From IMG/VR virus record IMGVR_UViG_3300015607_004160: 64,000 nt of DNA. One strand, 5' to 3'. Below are positions 20,577 through 30,784 of this stretch, piece by piece. The notes beneath the pieces are model-generated. The model was not told the origin of the DNA and searched no databases. It worked only from the letters and a program-made list of their open reading frames with translations. The DNA comes from a virus (lineage: Duplodnaviria; Caudoviricetes). The number at the start of each line of letters is the position of its first letter. The stretch's first letter is position 1. The translations under genes were made by a program, and so were the position numbers.

Positions 20577-20735
20577 ATGAAAAAGCGTAAAAAATTGGAT
20601 ACCAAGTTGTTAATAGAGAAATTTATTAATGATTATTGCAAACAAAAAGGCTGGAATCCAAAAAGTTTGTCTCCCAGCCAATTAATAGAAATTGTTGAAC
20701 AAAAGGAGTATAAAACTCCTAAAAATTATCTTTAA
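20577..20735 (+). CDS. small hypothetical protein (52 aa, MKKRKKLDTK...)
   Basis: ORF below the track cut-off; TAATATATA upstream. Confidence 0.5.
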   Translation: MKKRKKLDTKLLIEKFINDYCKQKGWNPKSLSPSQLIEIVEQKEYKTPKNYL

Positions 20736-21874
20736 GATACAAATACCAAATCGTATTTCAAATGAGCCACCGGAATTGTTCCAAAATGGTCAATAAACTC
20801 AACCAAATCACTTCTGTTACCAACAAATTCATTTGTAGTTTCGCCTAAATCCCTAGCCCAGCAAGATGTACCATCCCAACGTAGTTCATCAATAATACGG
20901 CCTTGTTTTTTAAACATATCCATTATTAATAGCTTCTCATGGTTAATCCATGTTTGTGAAATATAAGCTTTTGTTCTTATACCATCCCTCAGAACGAATG
21001 CGTATAAGTCAGATGAATAATCAGCAAATTCACTTGGTTGTCCAGCAGAGCAAATACTCTTATCAATTGGTGAATCATCCCATCCATAGCCATCCCAATC
21101 ACCCCATCCACAATATCCACCACTACTATACTTAACTGGATCTCTGGTTACTGGAAGCGATTCCCAATCTACTTTTTCAATAGACTTACAAAGTTTATAG
21201 AGGTGATCAATATCTTGTCTTTCCTTATGAGTATGCTCATCATAGTATCCAACAGAAATGTTTGTACATTCTGGAATAATACCCATAAATTGCGCCGAAT
21301 CAGTTAAAACACCAGTATCATCGGGTCTCATTTGTAAAAGACCACTTGTATTTAACTGTGAACAAAGTTCTTTAGCAAATTCATCTGAACAGCAAACTCC
21401 GTAAAATTGTTCTGTAATAACCGAATTCGTACTTCGTCTATCAAACGAAACAACTTTTTTAATATTTTTTAGTTCTGCTGGCACATCACCGTCTTTTTCA
21501 AGCTCATCAGCTAAGTCAGAAGAACCTATACAACCAGTTTCTTCACCAATAAAAAAGTAATAAAGTCCAGGAATTTTCTTTTCTATCATATATAAAACAA
21601 CAACCATACCCGCCTTATCATCAGCACCTAAAATGGTTGTTCCATCCGTCATTACATAACTACCACAAAATTTGTGAGTAACCTTTTCCATCTTACTACA
21701 AGATGTATCTAAGTGACAGGTAAACATTGTCGTGTAGTTATCACCAACAGAAAGATAATAGTTTCCGAACTTATCCATCTGAGTACCATCAGGCAGGAAA
21801 GATTCCAGAAACTTCTCAGTTCCATAGGGATATGTCATTCTCGTCAATTGTAAAAACTTCTTACGTATCTTCAT
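20732..21874 (-). CDS. M28/M20-family zinc peptidase-like protein
   Basis: HLDT, LGADDKAG, GEE, SFDRR, N.SVGYY.EH. Confidence 0.8.
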   Translation of the reverse strand: MKIRKKFLQLTRMTYPYGTEKFLESFLPDGTQMDKFGNYYLSVGDNYTTMFTCHLDTSCSKMEKVTHKFCGSYVMTDGTTILGADDKAGMVVVLYMIEKKIPGLYYFFIGEETGCIGSSDLADELEKDGDVPAELKNIKKVVSFDRRSTNSVITEQFYGVCCSDEFAKELCSQLNTSGLLQMRPDDTGVLTDSAQFMGIIPECTNISVGYYDEHTHKERQDIDHLYKLCKSIEKVDWESLPVTRDPVKYSSGGYCGWGDWDGYGWDDSPIDKSICSAGQPSEFADYSSDLYAFVLRDGIRTKAYISQTWINHEKLLIMDMFKKQGRIIDELRWDGTSCWARDLGETTNEFVGNRSDLVEFIDHFGTIPVAHLKYDLVFVS

Positions 21875-21892
21875 TTCACACTATTATTTTTA

Positions 21893-21924
21893 CAAATATA
21901 AAAATATTTTAATAAATAACCAAA
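21893..21924 (-). promoter_or_regulatory. Bacteroidota-type promoter (TTTG-N20-TATATTTG)
   Basis: consensus match upstream of the peptidase gene. Confidence 0.7.
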
Positions 21925-21987
21925 TTTTATATTTACTTAGAAACAAACAAATTAAAATAGAATATAAACTAAAAATAAACAATTATA

Positions 21988-22734
21988 ATGAGAGTAACAT
22001 ATGTTATCGGATACCGTCACAGAATGGATAGAATAATCAATCTAAGGAAGGTATTGGAATGGCTGGCAAGCTTCAATAATGTTGATGTAATCATCGTAGA
22101 ACAAGATAAATATTCCAAAATTTCACATCTAAATCTAAGAGCTACTCACGTATTTATAAAAAGTGATAAGCCTTACAATAGATCATGGGCATTTAATGTT
22201 GCCTTAAAAAGAAATAAAAATCCTGTAATTATTTTCGGAGACTGTGATATCGTTATGGATCCTCAAGAACTCGTTAATTCTATTAACGAATTAAATAACT
22301 TCGATGTGGTTAGTCCATATTCTTCTGTATTAGATTTAACTCCAGAGGAAACCAATTATCCATTTAATATGCTTCCACAAATACAAAGAGCTGGACGTGG
22401 TGAAAATGATAATCAAAAAATTAATCTTTGTGGTGGTATTGTTATTTTCAAAGCTGAATCAATTGTTAAAATTGGTGGATGGAATGAAGACTTCATTGGT
22501 TGGGGCGGCGAAGATGACTTTCAAACAATTAAAGTTAAGAAATTAGGGTTAACCTACAAAGAAATGCCATATAGATGTTATCATTTTTGGCATAATAGAG
22601 ATGAGGCTGATATGTCCAACTATCAAAGAACTATGAATCTATTACAACAAATGTCAACATTAGACGCATCAAAGTTACAAATGCACGTTAATGCTACGGT
22701 TGGAAAAATTGGAACCCTAAACAAATATGCTTAA
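21988..22734 (+). CDS. GT-A glycosyltransferase (GT7/galactosyltransferase-like)
   Basis: VEQD, NR.WAFN, DCD (DxD), GGWNEDFIGWGGEDDF, H.WH. Confidence 0.85.
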   Translation: MRVTYVIGYRHRMDRIINLRKVLEWLASFNNVDVIIVEQDKYSKISHLNLRATHVFIKSDKPYNRSWAFNVALKRNKNPVIIFGDCDIVMDPQELVNSINELNNFDVVSPYSSVLDLTPEETNYPFNMLPQIQRAGRGENDNQKINLCGGIVIFKAESIVKIGGWNEDFIGWGGEDDFQTIKVKKLGLTYKEMPYRCYHFWHNRDEADMSNYQRTMNLLQQMSTLDASKLQMHVNATVGKIGTLNKYA

Positions 22735-22760
22735 TAAGCAATAAAAAAATAGTTTTTATA

Positions 22761-23447
22761 ATGAAAAACAACTACACACACGTTGCTATTTTAATTGACA
22801 GATCTGGTTCAATGAATAGTATCAAATCTGATGTTATTGGTGGTTTTAACCAACTAATTGAGGATCAAAAAAATGTACCAGGTGATTTAACTGTTACTTT
22901 AGTTCAATTTGATGAGAATATGGGATTACAATTTGAAACAATTAATGATTTTTCCCCACTTAATGAGGTTAAGTTATTAAACGAATCTAACTATACCCCA
23001 AGAGGATCTACTCCCCTAAATGATTCATTAGCTAGGTTAATCAATGAGACAGGTGCTAGATTAGCAGCAAAAGATGAATCCGAAAGGCCAGAAAAAGTTC
23101 TTATTGTGTCTATTACTGATGGGCGTGAAAATGCTTCAAAAGAGCATACAAAACAAAGCGTTAAAACACTTATTGAACATCAAGAAAAGAATTACAATTG
23201 GAAGTTTATGTATATTGGTGCCAACCAAGATTCATTTGCAGAAGGATCATCTAGGGGTATCGGAGCTTCTTATAACTTTGCAGCAGATTCAAAAGGAACT
23301 AAGAAAATGAGTAAAGTATTCAGCGCTACATTAGCGTCTTATAGAAGTGCTGGTGTTTCTGCAAAAGAGTGTGATTTATCTCAAGTATTAGCTGAAGAGG
23401 CTAAAAAAGCTGACTTAGAAGAAGCAGCTGAAGATTCTAAAAAATAA
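22761..23447 (+). CDS. vWA-domain protein
   Basis: MIDAS DRSGSM, TPLND, ITDGRENAS, W.F.YIGANQD. Confidence 0.9.
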   Translation: MKNNYTHVAILIDRSGSMNSIKSDVIGGFNQLIEDQKNVPGDLTVTLVQFDENMGLQFETINDFSPLNEVKLLNESNYTPRGSTPLNDSLARLINETGARLAAKDESERPEKVLIVSITDGRENASKEHTKQSVKTLIEHQEKNYNWKFMYIGANQDSFAEGSSRGIGASYNFAADSKGTKKMSKVFSATLASYRSAGVSAKECDLSQVLAEEAKKADLEEAAEDSKK

Positions 23448-23524
23448 AAAATAGTTGGAAGTATTGATGTGGAATATCTTTCTATATAAAGAATCATATA
23501 GTGGTGGAGTAATTCATTATTACT

Positions 23525-23737
23525 ATGACATATTTAAAGTCGGTGGTTTATTATGCAACGAGTAAACAAGAGGATCCAGACACAAGTAAACAAGGAAAGT
23601 TTTTTGATTCAAATCTAATTGATATTTTACAAGGATATTTATCAGTATTGAGAAGAGTATCACCATCAAATAATAAAGAATACTTTCGTGTATTATCTTT
23701 GTACCGTGATATGCAAATTGATAGTATAAATAGCTAA
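23525..23737 (+). CDS. small hypothetical protein
   Basis: ends YRDMQIDSI, matching the C-terminal motif family. Confidence 0.5.
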   Translation: MTYLKSVVYYATSKQEDPDTSKQGKFFDSNLIDILQGYLSVLRRVSPSNNKEYFRVLSLYRDMQIDSINS

Positions 23738-23739
23738 TT

Positions 23740-24312
23740 TTATTCCATACAAACTCTAAGTTTGTTATATTTAATTAATAATTTATATAGTCTTTCATAT
23801 TCCACATCAATATTTTCAACTACCTTTTCAATCCATTGATCATTATTATAAAATTCAACAATCATTCCCTTTTTCAATTGTTCTTTTCCAGTTAAAAAAT
23901 GATATCTTTTTTGCTCTAAGAATGAGAAGGATATTCCATTATATAAGTATGTTTTATTTGTAGTATTAGAATCGTAAATTGCTACACTTAATAGCTTCTC
24001 AGATCCATTATTTAGAATTTTCTTAGCTTGTTCTTCTCCTTTATATTTTGCTATAATAGAATCCTGATCAAACTCTTCCATTAGGAAAAAAGCGTCTTTT
24101 CTTAAAATATCGTTACCATCACCACAAACAGCTATAAAAGATCTTTCATAACTTCCTTCATAGTGACCAGTTACGGGTAATATTGTATATCCTTTAGAGT
24201 AAAGAATATTACACAACTTATCACATAAGAACTTATTATCTATTTGCGTATTTGATTCCTTCTCAGGTGAGACTATAATATATGATATATTCCTATCAGT
24301 TAAATTGAACAT
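23740..24312 (-). CDS. hypothetical protein
   Basis: G.YEG..E.SF and F.QDSI motifs. Confidence 0.65.
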   Translation of the reverse strand: MFNLTDRNISYIIVSPEKESNTQIDNKFLCDKLCNILYSKGYTILPVTGHYEGSYERSFIAVCGDGNDILRKDAFFLMEEFDQDSIIAKYKGEEQAKKILNNGSEKLLSVAIYDSNTTNKTYLYNGISFSFLEQKRYHFLTGKEQLKKGMIVEFYNNDQWIEKVVENIDVEYERLYKLLIKYNKLRVCME

Positions 24313-24340
24313 AAATTATATATTAAATTAATCAACTGAC

Positions 24341-25564
24341 TTAATAATCAAACTCATCTTTTAATAGTGTATTGAATACTATTTCAACTGCTTCCTTGTG
24401 TTTTCTAGCACAAATAATACTATCATGAACAGTTATCAGTTTAATATTGGGATCTAACTCCATTATCGTCTTAATAATTCTATTAAAGATTAAGTTAGAT
24501 TCGGCCCTTTGTAGATTATAAGACAACATTCTATAATCACCCATTTCTTTTTTATAAGATTTTATAAATGTATGAATAGTCGGAAACAATTTCTTAAATA
24601 GATTATCTGCATTATTTTTGTAATTACGTCCGAATAAAACCTTATAAACAACCTCTTTAATTTCCTTTCTACTCATTTGTGATCCACAATTATCAAGTAA
24701 ATATTGATAGAATTTACCACTAGCAGTTAGTATCCTAAATAATTCCAACTCTTCATCTTTAACGATAAATATATCATTATCTTTAATGAGTTTATATAGA
24801 AACAGTGGTTGACTATTCGGTATATCTATTTCGCAAGTTTCTTCACCATCTATGAGTAGGCAATTTTTTCGAATAAATGATTTTAAGATGGTAAAGTTTG
24901 TATGCATCCTTCCATAATCATCAAAGTGATAAAATATGTGATTATCTTTAATGCATTCTACGCTATACTTATTTTTATTATAAATATCATTATCTTGATT
25001 TGTACTATCTAAGAAAAATATAGATTTTACATAATCTATATTAATTGAGAATAGATCATTAACTAATTTCTTTTTTACTTCAGTTAGTATGCCTTTTCCG
25101 TAATGAGGGCTATCAACAATTGAAATAGCATTTCGATATTTCTTTAATAAAACATTATCTTGATTCTTATACCGTTTTATCTCACCTTTTATAATCTTTT
25201 CGTTGAGCTTATATATTCGAGAATTTTTACCCTTTTGATGTTTTCTGACAAGAATAATGAATTCATTCTTGACTAGATAATCCATATAGTAATTGTATAT
25301 GTGGCCATATTTTTCTTTCAAGATGGTAGCAGATAAATTAAATGAGTTATCTTTTTTAAAATAATATTTTAGTAATAAATTATGTACAATATCTATAATA
25401 TAGGAGGTTTTTAATTCTACTCCGCCATATGATATTTTTTTTACTTTAGACAGTTCTTCAAGTGAGGCTGGTAAAAATTGCAAGCTATGTTTCTTTTTAT
25501 CAATAGTTCTTAAATAGTCTTTCTCTTTAAATTCGACAACTTTATTCATAGAAATTATACTCAT
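24341..25564 (-). CDS. family-A polymerase-like protein lacking exonuclease domains
   Basis: GRMH, motif A EIDIPNSQP, motif B R..IK..VYKVLFG, LQRAES, motif C TVHDSI. Confidence 0.65.
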   Translation of the reverse strand: MSIISMNKVVEFKEKDYLRTIDKKKHSLQFLPASLEELSKVKKISYGGVELKTSYIIDIVHNLLLKYYFKKDNSFNLSATILKEKYGHIYNYYMDYLVKNEFIILVRKHQKGKNSRIYKLNEKIIKGEIKRYKNQDNVLLKKYRNAISIVDSPHYGKGILTEVKKKLVNDLFSINIDYVKSIFFLDSTNQDNDIYNKNKYSVECIKDNHIFYHFDDYGRMHTNFTILKSFIRKNCLLIDGEETCEIDIPNSQPLFLYKLIKDNDIFIVKDEELELFRILTASGKFYQYLLDNCGSQMSRKEIKEVVYKVLFGRNYKNNADNLFKKLFPTIHTFIKSYKKEMGDYRMLSYNLQRAESNLIFNRIIKTIMELDPNIKLITVHDSIICARKHKEAVEIVFNTLLKDEFDY

Positions 25565-25604
25565 GAGTATATGTTTGTTTATGAAAAAACTTTATTTTTA
25601 CCGA

Positions 25605-26150
25605 TTAAAATATCCTAATAGGAGCAGATCTATTATTGCTAGACGGCCTATTGTTATTGTTAGCTGGCCTATTGTTAGCTGGCCTATTGTTATTGTTAGC
25701 TGGCCTATAAGTATTAAGATTAACTACTCTTGGTGTATTAACTCTTCGATTATTATTACTACTATATTGTGCTCTGTAATATGTATAGACAGGACGATAT
25801 GAGAGGTATGGATTATACCAATTATGATGATACAAATTATTATAATTTAAATATCTCCAATTGTAAGTATATCCAAAAGTAATATATCCTCGATTAGTAT
25901 ATCTATTCTGATAATACCAGTCATCATAGTCAAGTAGTCTGAATCTATAATCATACATCTGATGTCTTAAACGTATATCTTCAATTGTATAGTTATTTGT
26001 AGTCTGCTGAACATATCTATTCAATTGTGGAGAATAGTACATATCATCAGGTGTTTGTCCAGTTTTATAAATTGTGCAAGATGTAAGACTAAAAATTGTA
26101 ATTAAAACTAATGTTAGCTTACTTAGTAGGTTGAATGTTATTTTTTTCAT
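25605..26150 (-). CDS. lipoprotein with RPANNN low-complexity tail
   Basis: MKK + hydrophobic segment + lipobox LTSC; YKTGQTPDDMYYSP. Confidence 0.75.
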   Translation of the reverse strand: MKKITFNLLSKLTLVLITIFSLTSCTIYKTGQTPDDMYYSPQLNRYVQQTTNNYTIEDIRLRHQMYDYRFRLLDYDDWYYQNRYTNRGYITFGYTYNWRYLNYNNLYHHNWYNPYLSYRPVYTYYRAQYSSNNNRRVNTPRVVNLNTYRPANNNNRPANNRPANNNNRPSSNNRSAPIRIF

Positions 26151-27450
26151 CTGATATAACTGATTTTTTGGAGCCTTTTTTGCCTTTTTTCTGTTCACCA
26201 CCAGATTCTATTTCATCCCATACACTAGGGTAAACTTGACCCTCACCGTCTTTATCATATTTAATATCAAACCATTGTGAGAAGTCAACTAATCCTTTTT
26301 TAACAAATTCGGTTTCACTTTTTTTGTTAAGATACTCATCAATTTTCTTACTAATAAAATCAACAAATCTATTAAAAATGTTAATTGTATTTTCTGTAAA
26401 TACCCCTATTGGTTTTTTTCGTTTCTTATTAAATGATCCTAGAATCACTTTTAAAATATATTCTAATTTTCTATTTTCTTCAATATACTCTTTTGTTAAT
26501 TTATTGTCTATTAATTCAGTATTAATTCTAAATTTATCCTTATCAAAAAATTCTGGAACTACAAAATCAAAATTTAATAAGTCTTCTTTTACTTCAGATA
26601 CATACATATTATATAATTTACACATTAGGTAAATATAAACTTCTTCTCTTCTGCCACCTTTTAATTTAATTGAATTAAAATCAATAGATTGGCAGAAATT
26701 AAGAAAATTCACTAATATAAGACTATAAACTTCTACAAATTCTGTAGAATTGGAACTACTAATTCTTTTATATAAGGGATTTAATAATTCAAATGATACA
26801 TCTTTACCATTGACACGAATAATAAGTTTTTCAATGTTTTTTTGAAAATCATCATTCATTAAAAAAGAATTATTTATTTGTGGGTTTAAAATCTTATAGA
26901 AGAAAAATGTAAATGATTTATCTCCAAAAACATATTCCAAATCTGAATCTGAGGTGTTTAAAAAATACTTAATTGCCTCAGCTGCTTTTTCACTTAATTT
27001 ACCTTTAAATACAACAGGTATAGAATCCACATCAAATAAACGAGCATATTCCTCTATTTCATCAATAGTATAGGTGAATTTGCTTCCTTTGGCAATGGAT
27101 ACCAATACCAAATTATTTTTCGGAACTCTATTATATTCAATATTAGCTGGCTGGTTATCTGCAAAATATTCAAAGCAAAACCACCATCCTCTATTTAGTA
27201 ATCCTTTAACCCTATTATCAAGTGAATTAAAATAGTTAATTGCGTGATTATAATAGTTTTGCATAGCTAAATCTATCATGTTAATAGGATCAGAAGATAG
27301 TGATTTTGATTTTATTATAAACTCTCTTCCATTCCAGTTAACGTAGATTTTGCTTCCTTGAACATCTTCAAATATGACTATTTCGTTATCAAATAATTCA
27401 TTGAGTAATTGTTCATCCGTCATTTCGTTTAATGTTATTAACTTTGACAT
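26119..27450 (-). CDS. RNA-ligase-like protein with degenerate motif I
   Basis: FEDVQGS in place of EKxDG; FEYF; PVVFKG; EKLIIR. Confidence 0.45.
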   Translation of the reverse strand: MSKLITLNEMTDEQLLNELFDNEIVIFEDVQGSKIYVNWNGREFIIKSKSLSSDPINMIDLAMQNYYNHAINYFNSLDNRVKGLLNRGWWFCFEYFADNQPANIEYNRVPKNNLVLVSIAKGSKFTYTIDEIEEYARLFDVDSIPVVFKGKLSEKAAEAIKYFLNTSDSDLEYVFGDKSFTFFFYKILNPQINNSFLMNDDFQKNIEKLIIRVNGKDVSFELLNPLYKRISSSNSTEFVEVYSLILVNFLNFCQSIDFNSIKLKGGRREEVYIYLMCKLYNMYVSEVKEDLLNFDFVVPEFFDKDKFRINTELIDNKLTKEYIEENRKLEYILKVILGSFNKKRKKPIGVFTENTINIFNRFVDFISKKIDEYLNKKSETEFVKKGLVDFSQWFDIKYDKDGEGQVYPSVWDEIESGGEQKKGKKGSKKSVISDEKNNIQPTK

Positions 27451-27501
27451 ATTAAGTTATATATTAAAATTTTACTACTTGTTTATTTTAATATATAATT
27501 T

Positions 27502-27837
27502 ATGAATAAAATCAAAAAGTACGACGAATTATCCTCAGATATTGAGAATAAAGACTTAGATCCAGAAATACAAAAACTTAAAGGTGAGTATCAAATCGAA
27601 GAAATCTTAGATATATTTACCGACCCGAAAGATATACCTGTTACTGAAGGTGCTATTGGCATAAATACGGATTTATCAGTCAAAGAGGTTAAAAGAGGTG
27701 ATTATATTTGGATAACAGCTTTACTTAGAAAGCAAGGGCATAGCTTTACATCACCTGCCGTACAAGGTGTTATTAAATTAAGAGTTGTTGATATATTCTA
27801 TGGATTGCAATACCTAAATAAAGTTATAAATAAATGA
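27502..27837 (+). CDS. hypothetical protein
   Basis: ORF; TAATATA upstream. Confidence 0.65.
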   Translation: MNKIKKYDELSSDIENKDLDPEIQKLKGEYQIEEILDIFTDPKDIPVTEGAIGINTDLSVKEVKRGDYIWITALLRKQGHSFTSPAVQGVIKLRVVDIFYGLQYLNKVINK

Positions 27838-28865
27838 AATATTTAAAAATATTTGAAAAATTTAATACATTTTATTATAAGCTAACGCAGAATGAGTTTG
27901 ATGAAATGATACAGAGTCCTGATATATACACATTTACTCAACGTGATATGTCAGTAATATCTGATTTTGCAAAAAGAAAAAAATATATCTATCAAACTAA
28001 TAGTGTTGATATAATAAAGTTTGACTCCAGAGAATGGTCATTATCTGATGATTGGGACTTAGATAAGTGGATATCATCATCCGAAATTAGAATACACGAA
28101 GAAAACAATATTACAACATATAAAGCTAATCAAGATATTTCTAAGGGAACTCATTACTGTGGGACAATAGGACAAAAGGAAGAATATCTTAAAGTAGAAA
28201 ACTTCACAATTAGACTTAAAAAGTATATGATTAAATATCCAAATAGTAGATTTGGGGGATCGTTACCACTACCACAAAAGCATATGCTAAACATAGATAT
28301 AATGAAATGTAGTGATGAGTGGTTTTTAGTTGTATTTGACAATAATATTATGTATAAATGTGATCAATTAGATGGGCTAATAGAATTCATGTCGAATATA
28401 AATACATTGGAAGCATTTAGAGATGAATACCATTCTCTATATGATATAGAAAAAAATAGAGAGGAATATTGGAATGGATATCTTAAGAAATTAAAAGCTG
28501 ATCAGGATGAACTACAAAAAGAGATGGAAGAGGATCCACACTATTTTACAATGATTAGCCAGGATGAGGTAGATGAACTTTATGATAACTTGGTCAGCTT
28601 CAAAGATGATGAGATTGAAAAAATAAAAGAATTATTTAGCGATAAATATTTAGTATATAAAAAGACATGGAAAAAATATGACTCTGATAATACCGAAATC
28701 TTTATAGAGGCAATTAGACCAAATTGCATAATTAGAATTTGGAAATTAGAAGATGAATGGTATATAGTTTCAACAAGTGATGCAAACGATAGAGGAAGAG
28801 TGAATGATAAATGTGATCAATTTGATGGACTAAAGAGATTATTAAATAAAATATTAATAAAATGA
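27834..28865 (+). CDS. hypothetical protein with two CDQ domains
   Basis: MKYLKIFE start; DEWFLV..YKCDQLDGL and DEWYIV..KCDQFDGL. Confidence 0.75.
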   Translation: MKYLKIFEKFNTFYYKLTQNEFDEMIQSPDIYTFTQRDMSVISDFAKRKKYIYQTNSVDIIKFDSREWSLSDDWDLDKWISSSEIRIHEENNITTYKANQDISKGTHYCGTIGQKEEYLKVENFTIRLKKYMIKYPNSRFGGSLPLPQKHMLNIDIMKCSDEWFLVVFDNNIMYKCDQLDGLIEFMSNINTLEAFRDEYHSLYDIEKNREEYWNGYLKKLKADQDELQKEMEEDPHYFTMISQDEVDELYDNLVSFKDDEIEKIKELFSDKYLVYKKTWKKYDSDNTEIFIEAIRPNCIIRIWKLEDEWYIVSTSDANDRGRVNDKCDQFDGLKRLLNKILIK

Positions 28866-30760
28866 TACGTATTAAATTATTTGAAGAATTAAATAAAAGT
28901 AAGCCTAAGGTAATTATTTTTCAAGGATCGCCAAGGGATAAAGATACTTGTCCAAATATGGACAGTAAAACACATACAATAGTTGAATACATCATTGAAA
29001 AATATTCTGATGTATATGATTTTGATATAATTGATTTATCAGTAAACCAGTCTAAAAAGTCAATCATACAACCATGTAAAGGATGTGTATCAACTGCTGG
29101 GGGATATCATTGTATTGCAAAAGGTGAAAGAGTAGAAACAAAGTATGGATTTAAGAAAATTGAAGATATTCAAATTGGAGATGAACTATCTACTGGAGTA
29201 GTTGAAAATGCTTGGATGTCAGGAAAAGACTCTGATGTATTTGAAGTGATAGTTTCGGATGGTAGAAAAATAAAACTTACCGACAATCACCCAATAAAAA
29301 TAATAAATCCAATATATAAAAATGGTAATAAGAGAAAATTAATTGGATATGAAGAAAAGTGGAAAAATGTAAAAGATATCAAAATTGGTGATAGACTTCC
29401 ATTTAATTTTAATGAAAATTTTATTAACGATGATAATAACATTAATGTTTATCATATTGCTGGTATGATATGGGGAGATGGATCATATAAGAGTGGAAAA
29501 TTAAGATTGTGTTATGATATAAGAGATGAAAAACTTTTTAATTTTATATCATCTAATTTTGAAATTTCAGTTTCACAAGGTCCAATATCAAAAAATACTA
29601 CTACCAACTGGATATCTTTTAAAGATAGAAATATAAACATCTCGCTAAACACTTTAATTAAATCAGAAAAGATTAAAAATATTCACAGTAGAAGAATACC
29701 AGATATAATAATGAATTCTTCTAAAATACAAATATCTAAATTTTTAAATGGATGGTTTGCTACTGATGGATCTGTTATATTAAGAAATAATAATGGAAAT
29801 AAATATTATGAGATAAATTTAACAAGTGTTAGTAAAGATTCTCTAAGAGATTGTCAAATGTTATTATCAAAGTTTGGAATAAAATCATCAATATCATATC
29901 TAGATCATATAGAAACTTTTAGATTTAATAAATTTATTAAAAGGTCTTCTATGTTGATTATAAGCGGTAAAAATGCCAATATATTCATGCGAGAAATCGG
30001 TATAATTAACAAAGACTACAAATTTGAATATATTAAATATAGAAATTCTAAAAAGCATACATCCTTCGGAAAAATTGAAAGCATAGAAAGCATTGAAACA
30101 TCGGATGTCTATGATATATCTGTTAGTGATTCTCACAAATTTATATGTGAAGGTATTGAGGTACATAATTGTCATTGGTACTGCACATGTTATAAAAAGA
30201 ATGATGAAAAAAAGCCAGACTTTATGTATGACGGAGACATATATACCAAGCTTGAAAAGTGTGATGCTTTTTTAGTATTTAGTCCAATACATTGGTACTC
30301 TGTTAGTAGTCAAGTAAAAGCTTTATTTGATAGATTAGTTTGTGCTAGTCAAACATTACACTATGATGACGCTATTAAAGTATTGGGAAAAGGAAATTTG
30401 AAAAATTCAGAAATAACCGGTAAATTTGCACAATCCGGTGAATATAACGATTTGTTAAAGAATCACTTAGAGGGTAAAGTAGCAGGATTTTATGTACATG
30501 GTGATGATGGAGCAAACGATTATGATGATAAAGAATTGCCAGAATCATTTAAAGACGAAAAATTCACACCTAAGCAAGCAATAACGCCGATAGTAAATCA
30601 ATGTAGATACTCTGGTATAAACGTCCCTAATGACCTTATAGAGGCATTCTATATAAATAAAGATAAGGATTATTATACAGCAAATTTAGATTTAGAAAAT
30701 CTATCAAAACCATTTGATAATGCTGATAGATTATTAAAAAATTTAAAGAAATACATATGA
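28862..30760 (+). CDS. flavodoxin-like Fe-S flavoprotein (FMN reductase family) interrupted by an intein
   Basis: GSPR; spliced motif PCKGCVSTAGGYH|CHWYCTC; SPIHWYS.SSQ.KALFDRL. Confidence 0.85.
   Translation: MIRIKLFEELNKSKPKVIIFQGSPRDKDTCPNMDSKTHTIVEYIIEKYSDVYDFDIIDLSVNQSKKSIIQPCKGCVSTAGGYHCIAKGERVETKYGFKKIEDIQIGDELSTGVVENAWMSGKDSDVFEVIVSDGRKIKLTDNHPIKIINPIYKNGNKRKLIGYEEKWKNVKDIKIGDRLPFNFNENFINDDNNINVYHIAGMIWGDGSYKSGKLRLCYDIRDEKLFNFISSNFEISVSQGPISKNTTTNWISFKDRNINISLNTLIKSEKIKNIHSRRIPDIIMNSSKIQISKFLNGWFATDGSVILRNNNGNKYYEINLTSVSKDSLRDCQMLLSKFGIKSSISYLDHIETFRFNKFIKRSSMLIISGKNANIFMREIGIINKDYKFEYIKYRNSKKHTSFGKIESIESIETSDVYDISVSDSHKFICEGIEVHNCHWYCTCYKKNDEKKPDFMYDGDIYTKLEKCDAFLVFSPIHWYSVSSQVKALFDRLVCASQTLHYDDAIKVLGKGNLKNSEITGKFAQSGEYNDLLKNHLEGKVAGFYVHGDDGANDYDDKELPESFKDEKFTPKQAITPIVNQCRYSGINVPNDLIEAFYINKDKDYYTANLDLENLSKPFDNADRLLKNLKKYI
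29111..30169 (+). mobile_element. intein (353 aa) with LAGLIDADG homing endonuclease
   Basis: C1 in CIAKG, block B LTDNHP, IAGMIWGDG and FLNGWFATDGS, block F VYDISV, terminal HN followed by Cys. Confidence 0.93.
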
Positions 30761-30784
30761 AATATTTAAAAAGAATACAAGATA

